Source of the DNA: Octopus sinensis
Taxonomy: Eukaryota
Assembly (NCBI RefSeq): GCF_006345805.1
Contig: NC_043002.1
Coordinates: 69,936,001 to 70,000,000, forward strand
Length of the DNA: 64,000 nucleotides
Reading direction: 5' to 3'
Shown here: positions 50,945 to 63,807 of the stretch, piece after piece
Layout of the letters: every line of letters begins with the position of its first letter
Numbering within the stretch: position 1 is the first letter of the stretch
The notes under the pieces: model-generated
What the model was told of the DNA's origin: nothing
The model's database searches: none
Seen by the model: only the letters and a program-made list of their open reading frames with translations
Translations under genes and position numbers: made by a program

Positions 50945-51371
50945 TGTAATGAACCCTGGCGGCTATGACGGAAAGCAAAACAGAAAAGGGATTTAATGAG
51001 AGTAATCTCCCTCGAGCTTCTAGAATGCTCGAGAGCTTTCTGGAAGCTTCCAGTTTATGTGGAAGTTGGGGACTTTTGGTTCATCCCTTATATAAAGGAA
51101 GGAAATGCTAAATTCGCGCTACTCCGTGTCTGTCTAGCCTTAGGCAGGCATTGAGTCAAGCCGCCACACTTTACGTCTGCTCATGTACACATTCGCCTCA
51201 CTTATTTGGAGACATGTGACTGCAAACAGAACATATTCATGTAATGTTATAAGGTTTCCTTCAATTAACCTTGTATGTTAACGCATTACTTCCTGTAATA
51301 AAAGTTATGACTTATTACAGGTGTCTTGTGAATTTCTATTTTCATGTTGTTACAAACAAGATGGTGACCCC
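50945..51371 (+). mobile_element. LTR of a Gypsy-like retrotransposon with a residual PBS-like sequence
   Basis: Starts TGTAAT. TATATAAA at 51089-96, AATAAA at 51297-302, ...gttaca at 51354, then tggtgacccc (51362-71), which resembles a Gypsy primer-binding site. No convincing TSD. Confidence 0.65.
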
Positions 51372-53172
51372 TCTTTCTCTCATACTGACTAAATTGTAGT
51401 GTGTCATTAAATCGATGTTACCACCAAAAATGGATAACACTGACATCACTATACATTCAATACTGTTTATTTTTTGGGAACCAAATCCCTATGATAAACA
51501 AGGATAGATGTAATTCGTTTTTACTACCCTTATTTTCTTCCCCTTTCATTTACCTCTCTTACCAGTCCTAACTTGTTGGCTGGAGCTATTCCTTGGCCAT
51601 TAGATATGATTGTGTGCTGTGAGAAGAGAAGTGACCTGATGTTTCAGACAAAGACATTTCTCACAAACATCAAAACAGGATTGATTAAACACATACACGA
51701 ACGTGCATGCACCTGTGTATTAATATGTGCAAATGTGCAAAGGCAGCAAGCTGGCAGAAACGTTAGCACTCCAGGGAAACGCTTAGCGGTATTTCATCTG
51801 ACTTTACATTCTGACTTCAAATTCCGCTGAGGTCGACTTTGCCTTTCATCTTTTCGGTTTTGATAAATTAAGTACCAGTTGCATACTGGGCTTTGTACCT
51901 AGAGGAGAAAAGAATATGTGCAAATGTGGGTTTACATTTATGTTTTTGTGTACAAGTGTGTGTGTGTCTACGTTTTGTGTGCCAGCATGGAAAACAGATG
52001 TTAAATGATGATGATGATGATGATGATATGTATATATATATATGTGTGTGTGTGTGTATATATGTATATGTATGTATGTATGTATCTGTATTTATGTATA
52101 TACACAATGATATTTAATGTAAATCTCATGTTTTTAAGTATGCTTTTTTATTATTTATATATATGTTGTGTGTGTCTTTGTGTGTATGTTGGGGTGTGTG
52201 TGTGTATGTTTATATGTAGCTGGTAAGTTGTGTATATGTGAAATATTTGGAACCAGGAGTGTTTCAGATTTTGGACTGATTTTATATTCATATCTATAAA
52301 ATAGAACGGCTTGAGCAATAGGCTCCAAATCTGAATACATTATCTATTTACATTCATAATATGGCTTTTATATATTCCATTAAGTTAGTTTCATATCAAT
52401 TTGATGTTAGTCCTGTTCTACATGCAACAATTTTATTTTGGCAACGTTTTGCTTTTCACCAAAACATATCCACTCTATCGCACATTGATTTCAGCTTTGC
52501 AGCCACATGACATGGCTACACACCCCTTTCACTGTTTAATCTATACCTTCATGTTATTCTCACCTATAATACTCTGTTGGCTTTCAAACCTTTCCTAGTG
52601 CTTTCATGTGCAATTTGCATTTGCTTTGCTCCTTTCACCTGAAAAAATTTCAGACTTTGGAATTTTGGTTAAAGAATAAGAAACTATGTGTGTGTGTTTG
52701 TATATGCAAGTTTGTATGTATATATGTTGCTCTGTCTTTGCCTGCATAAATGTGTGTATATGTGTGTACATACATATATACATGCATATTGTCAGTTAAA
52801 TACATTTTGAAATCTGATGATTACTATGAATGTATGAAAGCACTAATTGAACTTTATGAACATTACAAAATATGTTTTTAATGTTTAACACACTTCAACT
52901 TTGTAAAGAATTTCTTTTAAATACAATAATAAAAAACCTGAAAACCAGACCAGGTTGTAACTTTATTTAATACCTATTTACACAAATTTTGAAAAAATGA
53001 ATTTATGTCAGTCATTCTATCTTTGTTTCTCTTTTGTATATATATCTCTGCGTTTGTATATATGTATGTATATGTTTATATATATATATATATATATACA
53101 TACATACATACATACACGCACACATGCACACACACACACATATATATATATACATACATATACATACATTCA

Positions 53173-53475
53173 TGTGTGGAGGCGCAGTGGCCCAGTGGTT
53201 AGGGCAGCGGACTCGTGGTCGGAGGATCGCGGTTTCGATTCCCAGACTGGGCATTGTGTGTGTTTATTGAGCAAAAACACCTAAAAGCTCCACAAGGCTC
53301 CGGCAAGGGGTGGTGATCCCTGCTGTACTCTTTCACCACTCTTTCTCCCACTCTTTCTTCTGTTGGCCTGCTCGCTTAGCCAGCAGGGTGGCGTCATTTG
53401 AAGGCTAAAACAATGCAAACGCATTGTGACCAGTGATGTGTAGCAACATCTGATGGTCTGGTCGGTCAAGTGATA
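53173..53475 (+). mobile_element. tRNA-derived SINE, a further family (E)
   Basis: A box tggcccagtgg, B box ggtttcgattcc, distinct body, followed by a (TA/CA)n tail. Confidence 0.7.
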
Positions 53476-53494
53476 TACATACATATACATATAA

Positions 53495-53905
53495 TCTCCA
53501 GTTCTTCATCTGTCCTGAAGGAGGACTCCTTGCCTGGGCTCCTTCCACTGCTATCTGTCTCTGATCAGTCATGGCTCTGTAGGCCCCAGGTAGCAGAGGA
53601 GATCATCTTGCCATCTTTAGTTGGCCTCTTGATCTTGTCCGTCGTCCTGGTATCCATTCTGTCACTCTGATTGTCCATATGCTGTCCATCAGTTGTTCCA
53701 TTAGTCATGTCATGTGGCCAGCCCATCTAGATGTGTTCTCTTTGATGGTTCTTATGATGTCATTGACTCTCATGTGCTGTCAAATCCAAGCGTTGGTTCT
53801 CTTGTTCCGCAATGTGTTGCTGAGCATGGTTTGTTCCATTTTCTCTTGAACTACAATGAGGGCATTCATGATGGTTGTGTTGAGAGCCCATGTTTCACTG
53901 TGATA
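53495..53905 (-). mobile_element. RTE-clade LINE 3' fragment (decayed)
   Basis: Minus strand reads YHSETWALN...QEKMEQTML...LRNKRTNAWI*...VNDII..IK...RWAGHM...WTIRVTEWIPG, matching the YGSETW...MER.ML...W.WAGH..R...RWT..VTEW.P pattern. Confidence 0.8.
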
Positions 53906-55312
53906 TATATATACATATATATATATAGATATGTAGATATAGATATATATCCAATCGTCATCATCATCATTTAACATCCGTTGTCCAAGCTGGCATAGGT
54001 TGGATGGTGTGACTAGAGCTGGCAAGCTGGTGGCAGGCAGCACCAGACTCCAGTCTGATTTGGCATGGTTTCTAATGCTGGATGCCATTCCTGATGCCAA
54101 CCTCTTTACAGAGTGTGCTAGATGCTTTCACGCACACACACACATTTTATATATATATGTATGCATGTACATTTAAGTGTGTATTTATGTGCACACGTGT
54201 TTCTGTGTGTTTGCTTATATCTATACTCATATAAAAGTTACAATGTTCAAACAAGCAATGTTGCTGGCATTTCTGTCAATAAATCCCTTCTTTGTGTCAT
54301 ACATTTAAAGCTGCATGGAATAAGAGATGCCAGTCCATTGCAAAGTTGCTCATTTATGGCGTAAGGAATTGGAGTAACTCGAAGTGAAGGATTTTGCTCA
54401 ATAATACAATGCATTGTCCGGACCAGAAATTGAAACTGTGATCTTACAGTTGTGGGGGCATCACCCTTATCCTAACAACTCGGCCACTCACCTTCACTTT
54501 CTTAGTAATGATACCATGATAAAATGCATCTAGTTCTCCAATGGGGTTTGTCTTACAAAATGCATTCAACCATGGAGACTCAGCAATAAACAATGAGATG
54601 TTGGAGGAGAACAGCTTGGAGATCAGTGACTCTGAATAAGAATTGTTACAACCTGTCTTATATAAACTGTATGTGTGTTAGTATATGTATATATTTACAG
54701 CTGTGTGTATGTGTGCACATATGTGTAAAGGTATATGTGTGTATGGGGGAACTGTATGTATGTGTAGCTGTTTGGGACATTTCTGTAGGTCTACATGTGT
54801 GTTTGTGTATATGTGTGTGCAAACATATTTCTATCAATTCTAATACACACACACACACGCAGAAACACACACACACACGCAGAAACACACAAACACACAC
54901 ACAAATGGAGGCAGTGTGGCCGATGCTGGTGTTGCATAACCAGCACCTGTGCCGGTGGCACCTTTCGAGTGTTGGACCTCACAGTGGCAAGGACAAATGA
55001 CTGTGATCTTCAGTAATATACTGTGCTTGATTAGAAGATCTACCGAGCCAAGAGAAATCATAATCATGGTGGATACTGGTATCATGCAACTGGTACTTGT
55101 GCCGGTGGCACATAAAAGCACCCATTACATTCTTGGAGCAGTTGGCATTAGGAAGGGCATCCAGCCATAGAAACCATGCCAAATCAGACTGGAGTCTGGT
55201 GCAGCCCCTCAGCTTACCAGCCCTGGTCAAACTGTCCAACCTATACCAGCATGGAAAACAGACATTTAATGATATGATAATGATGATGGTGATGATGATG
55301 ATGATGATGATG

Positions 55313-55354
<42 letters not shown>

Positions 55355-55443
55355 GTATATGTATATATATATATGTATATATATATATGCATATATATAT
55401 GTATATATATATGTATATATATATGTACATATATATGTATATA

Positions 55444-55520
<77 letters not shown>

Positions 55521-56189
55521 GTTTTTTTTTACTGGGGAGGGCTGGTGTTATGGGGTTACCCTGGGTTTCCCATCCATAAAGGGTTTAACTTTATGGTGTA
55601 TCGTCAGACTCCAAGACCTGTTGGCCTAAGATCTTTTTAAAATACGGAGGGGGAAAAGCCTTGTTACAAAATCTCTGGATTTACGTTTTCTAAAAGCATT
55701 ATATGTATGCCAGCATGGACAATGGACATTAAATGATGATGATGGTGATGATGATACATACATACATACATACATACATACATACATACATACATACAGC
55801 TGTGTAGTTAAGAAGCTCACTTTTCAACCTCTTGGTTTTTGGTTCAGTCCTACTGCATGGCACCATGGGCATGTATCTTCTACTGTAGTCTTGGGCCAAC
55901 CAATGCCTTGTGAGTGTAATTGGTAGATGGAAACTGTGCAGAATGCCATTGAATATCTATCTTTGTGTTTGCATATACCCTCTCCACTACTTGACAGTCA
56001 GTGTTGGTTTGGTTACATCCTTGTAACTTAGTTTCAGGAAAGAGACTTATAGAATAAATACCAAATTAAAAAAAAATAAGTACCTGGGTTGATTTGTTCA
56101 ACTAAAACTCTTCGAGTCGGTGCTCCAGCATGGCTGGTGTCTGTTTATTGGAACAAGTAAAATATATAAATACATACTTACATACATAC

Positions 56190-56239
<50 letters not shown>

Positions 56240-56269
56240 TATATATACACCTTTGCAAAAGTCCTCAAC

Positions 56270-56770
56270 TGATCGAAGATACCCAGTATACACATCTTGC
56301 TCCAGCAGTGTCGTTTGTGCTGGCTTGGTCATGTTCATCACATGCCAGATGGAAGGACCCCAAAACACCTCCTGTATGGGAAATTGGCTACTGGCACAAG
56401 AGCATGAGGAAGATCTCATCTTCATTTAAAAAAAAAAGTCTGTAAGAGAGATATGAAGTCGCTTGATCTGGACGTACCGAGATGGGAGAAAGTTGCAAAT
56501 GATCGCCCACACTGGAGGCAAATACTGCAAAAGGGAATGAAGAGAGCAGAAGACGAACAGGTACACACCATCAAAGAAATATGCATGTGACAGAAGGAAA
56601 AATCAGCAGCACTGGCAGAGATCTTCTTCAAATGCAGTCGCTGTATGCGTGACTGCCACTACTGTGTGGGCCTGTACAACCACAACAGATCTGTACCACT
56701 GTCAGCAGCTGATACGGTTTCTTTGGGTGCAGATCCATGGCCTCTCGAGACCAACAGATGCCTACTATAT
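56270..56770 (+). mobile_element. RTE-type LINE 3' end with C-terminal zinc knuckle (decayed)
   Basis: PSIHILLQQCRLCWLGHVHHMPDGRTPKHLLYGKLATG...VCKRDMKSLDLDVPRWEKVANDRPHWRQ...FKCSRCMRDCHYCVGLYNH, ending ...cagatgcctactat. Confidence 0.82.
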
Positions 56771-57249
56771 ATATCTATAGTCTAGTTTCCAAACTTTTCC
56801 GAATGTTTGGTTGATGGATATATTATAATCCAAGTGGGTACCAATATGCATTTCTACTGATTGATAATGCTGGTTAGCATGTGAGTTTATGTACCTTCAG
56901 TTGGTTGGTTTACCTATTCTTTGTACATTGTTCTGCCTGACAATCCAGTTGTCTCTAAATAGACTGTATGCTTTTCATTAGAGGAGAAATAATAATGAAT
57001 CGGTTTATAAGAAATTAAATGACTAAAATAATTGGATATTCTCCATTCTCTGTTTTCATTAAACAGATTCATTATTATAAATATTATAGGCATAGGAGTG
57101 ACTGTGTGGTAAGTAGCTTGCTTACCAACTACATGGTTCTGGGTTCAGTCCCACTGCGTGGCACCTTGGTAAGTGTCTTATACTATAGCCTCAGCCTTGT
57201 GAGTGGATTTGATAGACTGAAACTGAAAGAAGCCCATTGTATATATATA

Positions 57250-57286
<37 letters not shown>

Positions 57287-57488
57287 CTCTGTTTGTCCCT
57301 CCAACATAGCTTGACAACCAATGCTGGTGTGTTTACGTCTCCGTAACTTAGCGGTTCAGCAAAAGAGACTGATAAAATAAGTACTAGGCTTACAAAGAAT
57401 AAATCCTGAGGTCAATTTACTCGACTAAAGGTGGTGCTCCAGCATGGCCACAGTCAAATGACTGAAACAAGTAAAAGAGTAAAAAGAG

Positions 57489-57538
<50 letters not shown>

Positions 57539-57877
57539 ATCTGTATATATATGTGCATATATGTGTGTGTCTATATATTTATGTTGTATGTGCATATTTA
57601 CATACAATATGAGGTGTTTTAGCACAAAGTCTGTGTAGAGCTGTCTTGGCTATCTTCCATTAAAAAATAAAATTTAAGATTAAAATGTTCTTCAGTTTAC
57701 AACTAATTCGGTCACATAATTTATTGTTCTTATTGTTTATTCTCAACTTAGCTCCAATTGATTAAATCTCTAATCAAAAATTGTTCCACTTATGATCATC
57801 TCATCTCATTCTCATACATAAATCTATCAAGGGGTACATAATTGAATATGTGCTTCTTTTATTAAAATGATATGTGC

Positions 57878-58270
57878 TTTGAGAGATATTTGGTTGTTAA
57901 TTCTAGCATCTCAAGCAACCACATAGAAGCCTTCCCTATCGGCTTCTAAGTGTCTTTTTCATATAATAGAATAATAGAATTTATTTTGAGGAATATTTGG
58001 TTGTTAATTCTAGCAAATTCAGTGACCACAGAGAATCCTTCTCTGTTGGCTTCCATCTGTACTTTTCCTATAATAGAATAACAGAATGTGTTTTGAGGGA
58101 TATTTGGTTGTGAATTCTAGCAGCATGGCAACCACATAGAAACCTTCCCTATTGGCTTCTGTGTGCCCGTCTTTTCTTACTATAGAATAAATAGAATCTA
58201 TTTCGAGGGATATTTGGTTGCTAATTCTAGCAACTTTGGCGACCACAGAGAAGCTTCTTTGTTGGCTCAT
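57878..58270. repeat. 107-110 bp tandem repeat, about 3.6 units, alternating two types
   Basis: atatttggttg..aattctagca at 57886, 57993, 58100 and 58210. Units 1 and 3 share gcaaccacatagaa..cttccctat; units 2 and 4 share gaccacagagaa...tgttggct. Confidence 0.88.
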
Positions 58271-58898
58271 AGTAGCACTGTTTTATCACTCCATTGGTTC
58301 TTGCATAACGGTCGAAATGTATGCTATGTTTGTTGGCATCCTCATACTTTCATAAACACCCTTTAACCCTTACCATTCCAAATAATGTCGATAAAGCAAT
58401 AAAAACTCTGTAGTTTGTTCAAACCGGTTTTATCTGGCTTTGCTGATATATTTTTTTCGCGTTGCAGGCAAATCTCTACTAAATCATGCAACATGTCAAA
58501 TATTTTGCCTCTTTTTGTTTTTTATTTTATTTTATTTTATTTTATTTATTCATTTTTATTTATTTCATTTTTTGAAAATTTAGTTTCATCATTTTATCAT
58601 TTTTCTATGAATGTATTAACACATTTAGCACCTTTAAGTATTATGAATGCTAATAATTTGCTGTTAGCTTTTTGTATACACATATACCCATATCGACATC
58701 TTTATCTATCTATATTTATGTATATCTACTTATATATATATATATATATGTATATCAGTTTTTTCCTCTAACTCTCTCCTTTTATCTCTATATGTCTTTC
58801 ACCCCTCATTTTTTTTTTTTTGTGTGTATGCGTACATACATGCACACATGCATCATACTTACATACACACATGCATACATGCATGTGCATATGCACAG

Positions 58899-58941
<43 letters not shown>

Positions 58942-59247
58942 TATATGCATGCACACATGCATACATACATACATAAACACATGCATACATATATACACAC
59001 ACATACATGCACACACGCATACATATGTACATACATAAGTTTGTGTGTATGTGTAAATGTATGTATATATTGAGGTGCAGGCATGTTTGTGTGGTTAATA
59101 AATTTGCTTCACAACCAAGTGGTTTTAGGTTCAGTCCTGCTGCAGGGCACTTTGGGCAAGTGTCTTCTACTGTAGTACTGGACCATCTAATGCCCTTGAG
59201 TGTGAGTGCCTTGGTAGACAGAAACTGTGTGGCAGCCTTAATAGATA

Positions 59248-60477
59248 TAGGGGTGACCAAATAATGGAAACACTTTAAAATTTCAAACACATTTATTTTA
59301 ATATGGGGTAGGACCACCATTGGCAGTAATTACAGCTTGAATTCTATGAGGTATGGACTCATACAAAGTTTGATTTGTTTCCAAAGGAATTTTTGTCCAT
59401 TCTTCAGCTAAACAGTCTCCAGTTCTTGTAGTGATGATGGTGGAGGATATCGACTTCTAGCTTGTTTTTCTAAAATGCACCATAAATGTTCAATAATTTT
59501 GAGATTTGGGGACTGTGGTGGCCAGATAAGATGTTCAACTTCACTAGAATGTTCCTTGTGCCATTCAGTAACAACTTTAGCTGTGTAAATTGGGGCATTA
59601 TCATTCTGAAAGATTGTGTTTTTCACCCGAAAACAGTTCCACAACCATAGGATGAATTTGATCTGATAAAATGCTTAAATAGTCTTGACTATTAATTCTG
59701 CCATGAAGGGACACCATTGGGCCAGCAGATTTCCAAGATATAGCACCCCAGATCATCACAGATCCTCCTCCATGTTTAAGAGTTGGAAGAAGGCAGTTTG
59801 GGTCAAATGCTTCTTTTGGCTGTCTCCACACATATACTTGTGGCTGGAAATTCTTCCACTGCTCTATGGACCAATTCTGTAGGTTTTTACTCCACATTAA
59901 ATGCTTTGCAATGTTTGTTTTTGAAAGTAGTGGTTTTCTGATTGCAGCCCTCCCGTGAAATCTGGCTTTGTGCAGCTCCTGGCAAACAGTTTTGTGGAAA
60001 CTGGGTTCTTGAGGTGGTCATTAAGCTCTGCAGTAATTTTGGGAGCTGTACTTTTGTGATCCTTTCTAACAGTTCGTGTAAGAGTCTGACAATTGCTATC
60101 TGAAAGTTTTGGTTTTCTTCTGGAATTTTGTTTCAACAAGGAGTTTTTTCCCTCTTTTTCAAAGGCTGTCATTACTTTAGAGACAGTACTTCTTGATACA
60201 TCAAACATTTCAGCTGTTTTCATTGTTAGCACCTGCCATAAGAGCACCAACAAATTCACCTCTTTGAAAGTCTGATAGATCTGTCATTTTAATGAATTTT
60301 AATTACCTTTTTCTGATGATATCTGAAAAGAAACAACAATTTTAGCAAAACATATTAAGCAACACTAATAATAAATCAAAAAACATAAAAAATAAACAAG
60401 CTTTTGATGGTTTTATAGGTATTTCAAAATTATGATGCTATGATGATAGGTGTTTCCATTATTTTGTCCAACCCCTG
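59248..60477 (-). mobile_element. Full-length 1230-bp Tc1-like element with DD36E spacing (Incomer-like), transposase pseudogene
   Basis: Flanked by TA. TIRs (t)aggggtgaccaaataatggaaacac / gtgtttccattattttgtccaacccctg. ATG at 60287: MTDLSDFQRGEFVGA.../KTAEMFDVSRSTVSKVM...KHGGGSVMIWG...FQNDNAP-(36 aa between D and E)-IEHLW. Several frameshifts. Confidence 0.9.
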
Positions 60478-61067
60478 TATATGTGTGTGTGTGTACCTGT
60501 GTATGTCTTTGTGTTTGTTTCCCCACCACTTGGTAACTGATATTGGTTTGTTTACATCCCCATAACTGGTTTGACAAATGAGACTTGCAGCAGGTTATGA
60601 TGTGTTGACAGGAGCTGACATGCCAGAGAGCTGCATCAGAATCTATTTGTCTGTTTTGGTATAGTTTCTACCAGGGCTATGGAGTTGGAATTGGAGCTGT
60701 GGAGTTGTGGAGTCGGAGTCAGAAACAATTAAGGGGTAACTAGAGTAGGGGTTGGAGTTGGTAAAATAGGCCACAATCACTTAATTACACAGAGGGGTTG
60801 GAGTCAAAAAGATGATGCAAAAAGGGGACAACAAAACATGCAGATGGATGATACAAAAAAGGGACAAGAAAAATCATTTGAAGTTTTCTTTCCTCAGTCG
60901 AGTTCCATATTATCTTTGTAATTTCGGCTGGTTAGGAAAGAAAACCTGAATGACCCATCCTTGTTTTTTCTTGTCCCTTTTTGTATCATTTGTCTGGATG
61001 TTTTGCGTTCTTGTCCCATTTTTTGTATTCCTTGTTATATACATATGGCGGCGTACATAAACTTTGG

Positions 61068-61105
<38 letters not shown>

Positions 61106-62536
61106 CATACCTATGTGTTTACATTGGTGTATATACATACATGTTTATTAGCATGTGCGTGCACACATACATATTGTATGCATAGACACATATTCCATTT
61201 CACTTTCACAACCAATTCCAATTATGTCAGTAAGTTTTCACTTTTATACATTGTATTCATGTGATGTTAATGGTCATTTTGAGTATTGTATTGATTTTCC
61301 TGACAAAACTTTAAAGTTCTTGGAATTATTGAGTCTGAATAAAAGTGTTTCAGAATTAAACTCTTAGTCCTCAAGTAACTACTGTAGTATTATCTACACA
61401 ATGTGTGTGTGTGTGCGCACATACATTTGCATGTACCCTTGTCTTGACATCATGTAATGGTTGTGAGTGAACATCACTGTCATACTAGCGGTGTTGCTTA
61501 TTTCTTTTCTTCCATCAGCAACATGTCTGGCCATGGGGAAATATTTCCTTGTTTGGAAATGAGTAAGGGTTGGTAACATGAAGGCCATCCAGCTGCAGGA
61601 AATCTACCTCAACAAATCCCATCTGTTCTGAGCAGGCAGATTTTCTATGAGGGTGTGCTGAAAAGTTCCTGGCTGTAAGGGTATTGTGGAAGGCCTGGTT
61701 GGAGGCCCAACCTTCTGAGCTCCTTCACAGGGCTTAGAAAAACTGAAGGACTGCTGCAATAAGTGTGTAAATCTGAGAGGGGAATGCATCGAATACAATC
61801 ATAATTAATAGGTGTAGGAGTGGCTGTGTGGTAAGTAGCTTGCTTATGAACCACATGGTTCCAGGTTCAGTCCCGCTGCATGGCACGTTGGGCAAGTGTC
61901 TTCTACTATAGCCTTGGGCTGACCAAAGCCTTGTGAGTGGTTTTGGTAGACAGAAACTGAAAGAAGCCTGTTGCATATATCTATATATATATATATGTAT
62001 GTGTCTGTGTGTATATGTTTGTGTGTCTGTGTTTGACCCCCAATATCGCTTAACAACTGGTGGTGGTGTGTTTACATCCCTGTAACTTAGCAGTTCAGCA
62101 AAAGAGACCGATAGAATAAGTACTAGGTTTACAAAGAATAAGTCCTGGGGTTGGTTTGCTCAACTAAATGCTGCCACAGTTAAATGACTGAAACAAGTAA
62201 AAGAGTAAAGAGTAATTGGTCTTGCTGTATTTTCTTTCACCCGAAAGTCAGGAACTTTCCAGCATCCTCCATGTCCTGCAGTTACCATTTATCTTTTATT
62301 TGTTTCAGCCATTTGACTGTGGCCATGCTGGGGCACCACCGTGAAGAATCTTTAGTCGAATGTGTCAACCCCAGTACTTATTTGTTTTTTTAAAGCCTGG
62401 TACTTGTTGTGTTGGAATCTTTTGCTGAACTGCTAAGTGACTGGGATGCAACTACACCAACACCAGTTGTCAAGCGGTAGTGGGGAGGACAAACAAAGTT
62501 ACACATACACACACTCATGCACAGACACAGACATTT

Positions 62537-62593
<57 letters not shown>

Positions 62594-62812
62594 CATGTAT
62601 ATATATATATATATATACACATGGCCACATGCCAGATCAGACTGGAGGCTCTCCTTGTTTCTCTCCTTGTTTTTTTCTGTGTACCTTTCTGTAGAAGAGC
62701 GTAGGCTCGAAACGTAAAAGACTTTTTCTATTCCTGAGCACTATACTAATACATCTGTTTGTTTGTACACCACCTGCCTTCGTCTTTTGTTTATTTTCGT
62801 AAACTTTCTCTT

Positions 62813-62844
<32 letters not shown>

Positions 62845-63075
62845 ATGGGTTTCTTTGGTCAGCCTGAGGCTATTGTCGAAGACACTTTTCCAAGGTGCCA
62901 CACGGTGGGACTGAACCTGGAACCATGTGTTTAGGGAGCAACCTTCTTACCACACAGCCATGCTTGTGCCTATTAACCATGCCTGTGCCTTATATTTAAT
63001 TCTTTGTAAAATATATTTTCTTTATTCTTTTCATTTCTGTTTCTATTTTTATTTTATATTCATATATATTTTCAG

Positions 63076-63195
63076 ATTTCCTCCTGGTGGCCTTTCCAAG
63101 ATATTTCTTTCAAGACATTTCTTTTCTTCACTTTGTGGCCAGTTTTGGTTCACTGGATGTTTCACATCGCCTCAAAACGCCGGCAGCAGAGATAA
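63076..63195 (+). CDS. ACBD5: ACBD5 terminal coding exon, tail anchor ISSWWPFQDISFKTFLFFTLWPVLVHWMFHIASKRRQQR*
   Basis: Acceptor attttcag|att, phase 0, stop TAA at 63193-63195. SWWPF, a hydrophobic helix containing WP and a basic tail match the ACBD5 peroxisomal tail anchor. Missed by the ORF track. Confidence 0.93.
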   Translation: MSSWWPFQDISFKTFLFFTLWPVLVHWMFHIASKRRQQR

Positions 63196-63362
63196 GCTTA
63201 ATTATATTGTGAGTGGTCTTATATTCAAGAATGAAACATTACTTCTAAAATGTACAACTGACAAGACCTGGCAATTTGTATGTTGTGATCCTCTTTGTAT
63301 GTAATATATATATATATTGCATATATATATATATTACATCATCATCATTTAACGTCCATATC

Positions 63363-63404
<42 letters not shown>

Positions 63405-63793
63405 TTAACATCTGTTTTCCATGCTAGCATGGGTTGGACGGTTCGACTGGAGTCTGGGAAGCCAGGAGGCTGCACCAGCCTCCAGTCTGATCTGGCAGTG
63501 TTTCTACAGCTGGATGCCCTTCCTAACGCCAACCACTCCGTGAGTGTAGTGGGTGCTTTTTACGTGCCACCGGCAGAGGGGCCAGGGGAGGCTGGCAACG
63601 GCCATGATTGGTTGGTGCTTTTTACGTGCCACCGGCATGGGTATCACAGCTACAATTTCCATTTGATGTTTATTTTGATGTTGATGTACTTGACTCAGTA
63701 GGTCTCCTCAAGCACAGCAGGTCGCCCTACGATCCAAGGTAAGAACAGCAGGCCTTCCTGCGATCCAAGGTCCATATATATATATAACATCAA

Positions 63794-63799
63794 AATAAA
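63794..63799 (+). promoter_or_regulatory. Candidate ACBD5 polyadenylation signal
   Basis: AATAAA about 600 nt after the stop codon. Motif only, in AT-rich repeat context. Confidence 0.25.
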
Positions 63800-63807
63800 A
63801 ATCAAAT

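Noticed and set aside
53173-53250. tRNA-like sequences with A and B boxes (also about 5915, 32005, 34975, 41690)
   Set aside because: They lack a proper acceptor stem and run into repeated SINE bodies, so they are SINE heads rather than tRNA genes.
54593-55640. Many ORFs of 60-175 aa rich in YI, CV, HT repeats (also across the window)
   Set aside because: Dinucleotide microsatellites contain no stop codons in several frames; not genes.
57878-58270. Conserved-repeat plus variable-spacer look, superficially CRISPR-like (also 26014-26430)
   Set aside because: The spacers are homologous to one another, the context is eukaryotic, and there are no cas genes.
62927-63304. 125-aa ORF spanning the terminal exon
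   Set aside because: Wrong frame. The conserved SWWPF tail anchor is in a different frame starting at 63076.
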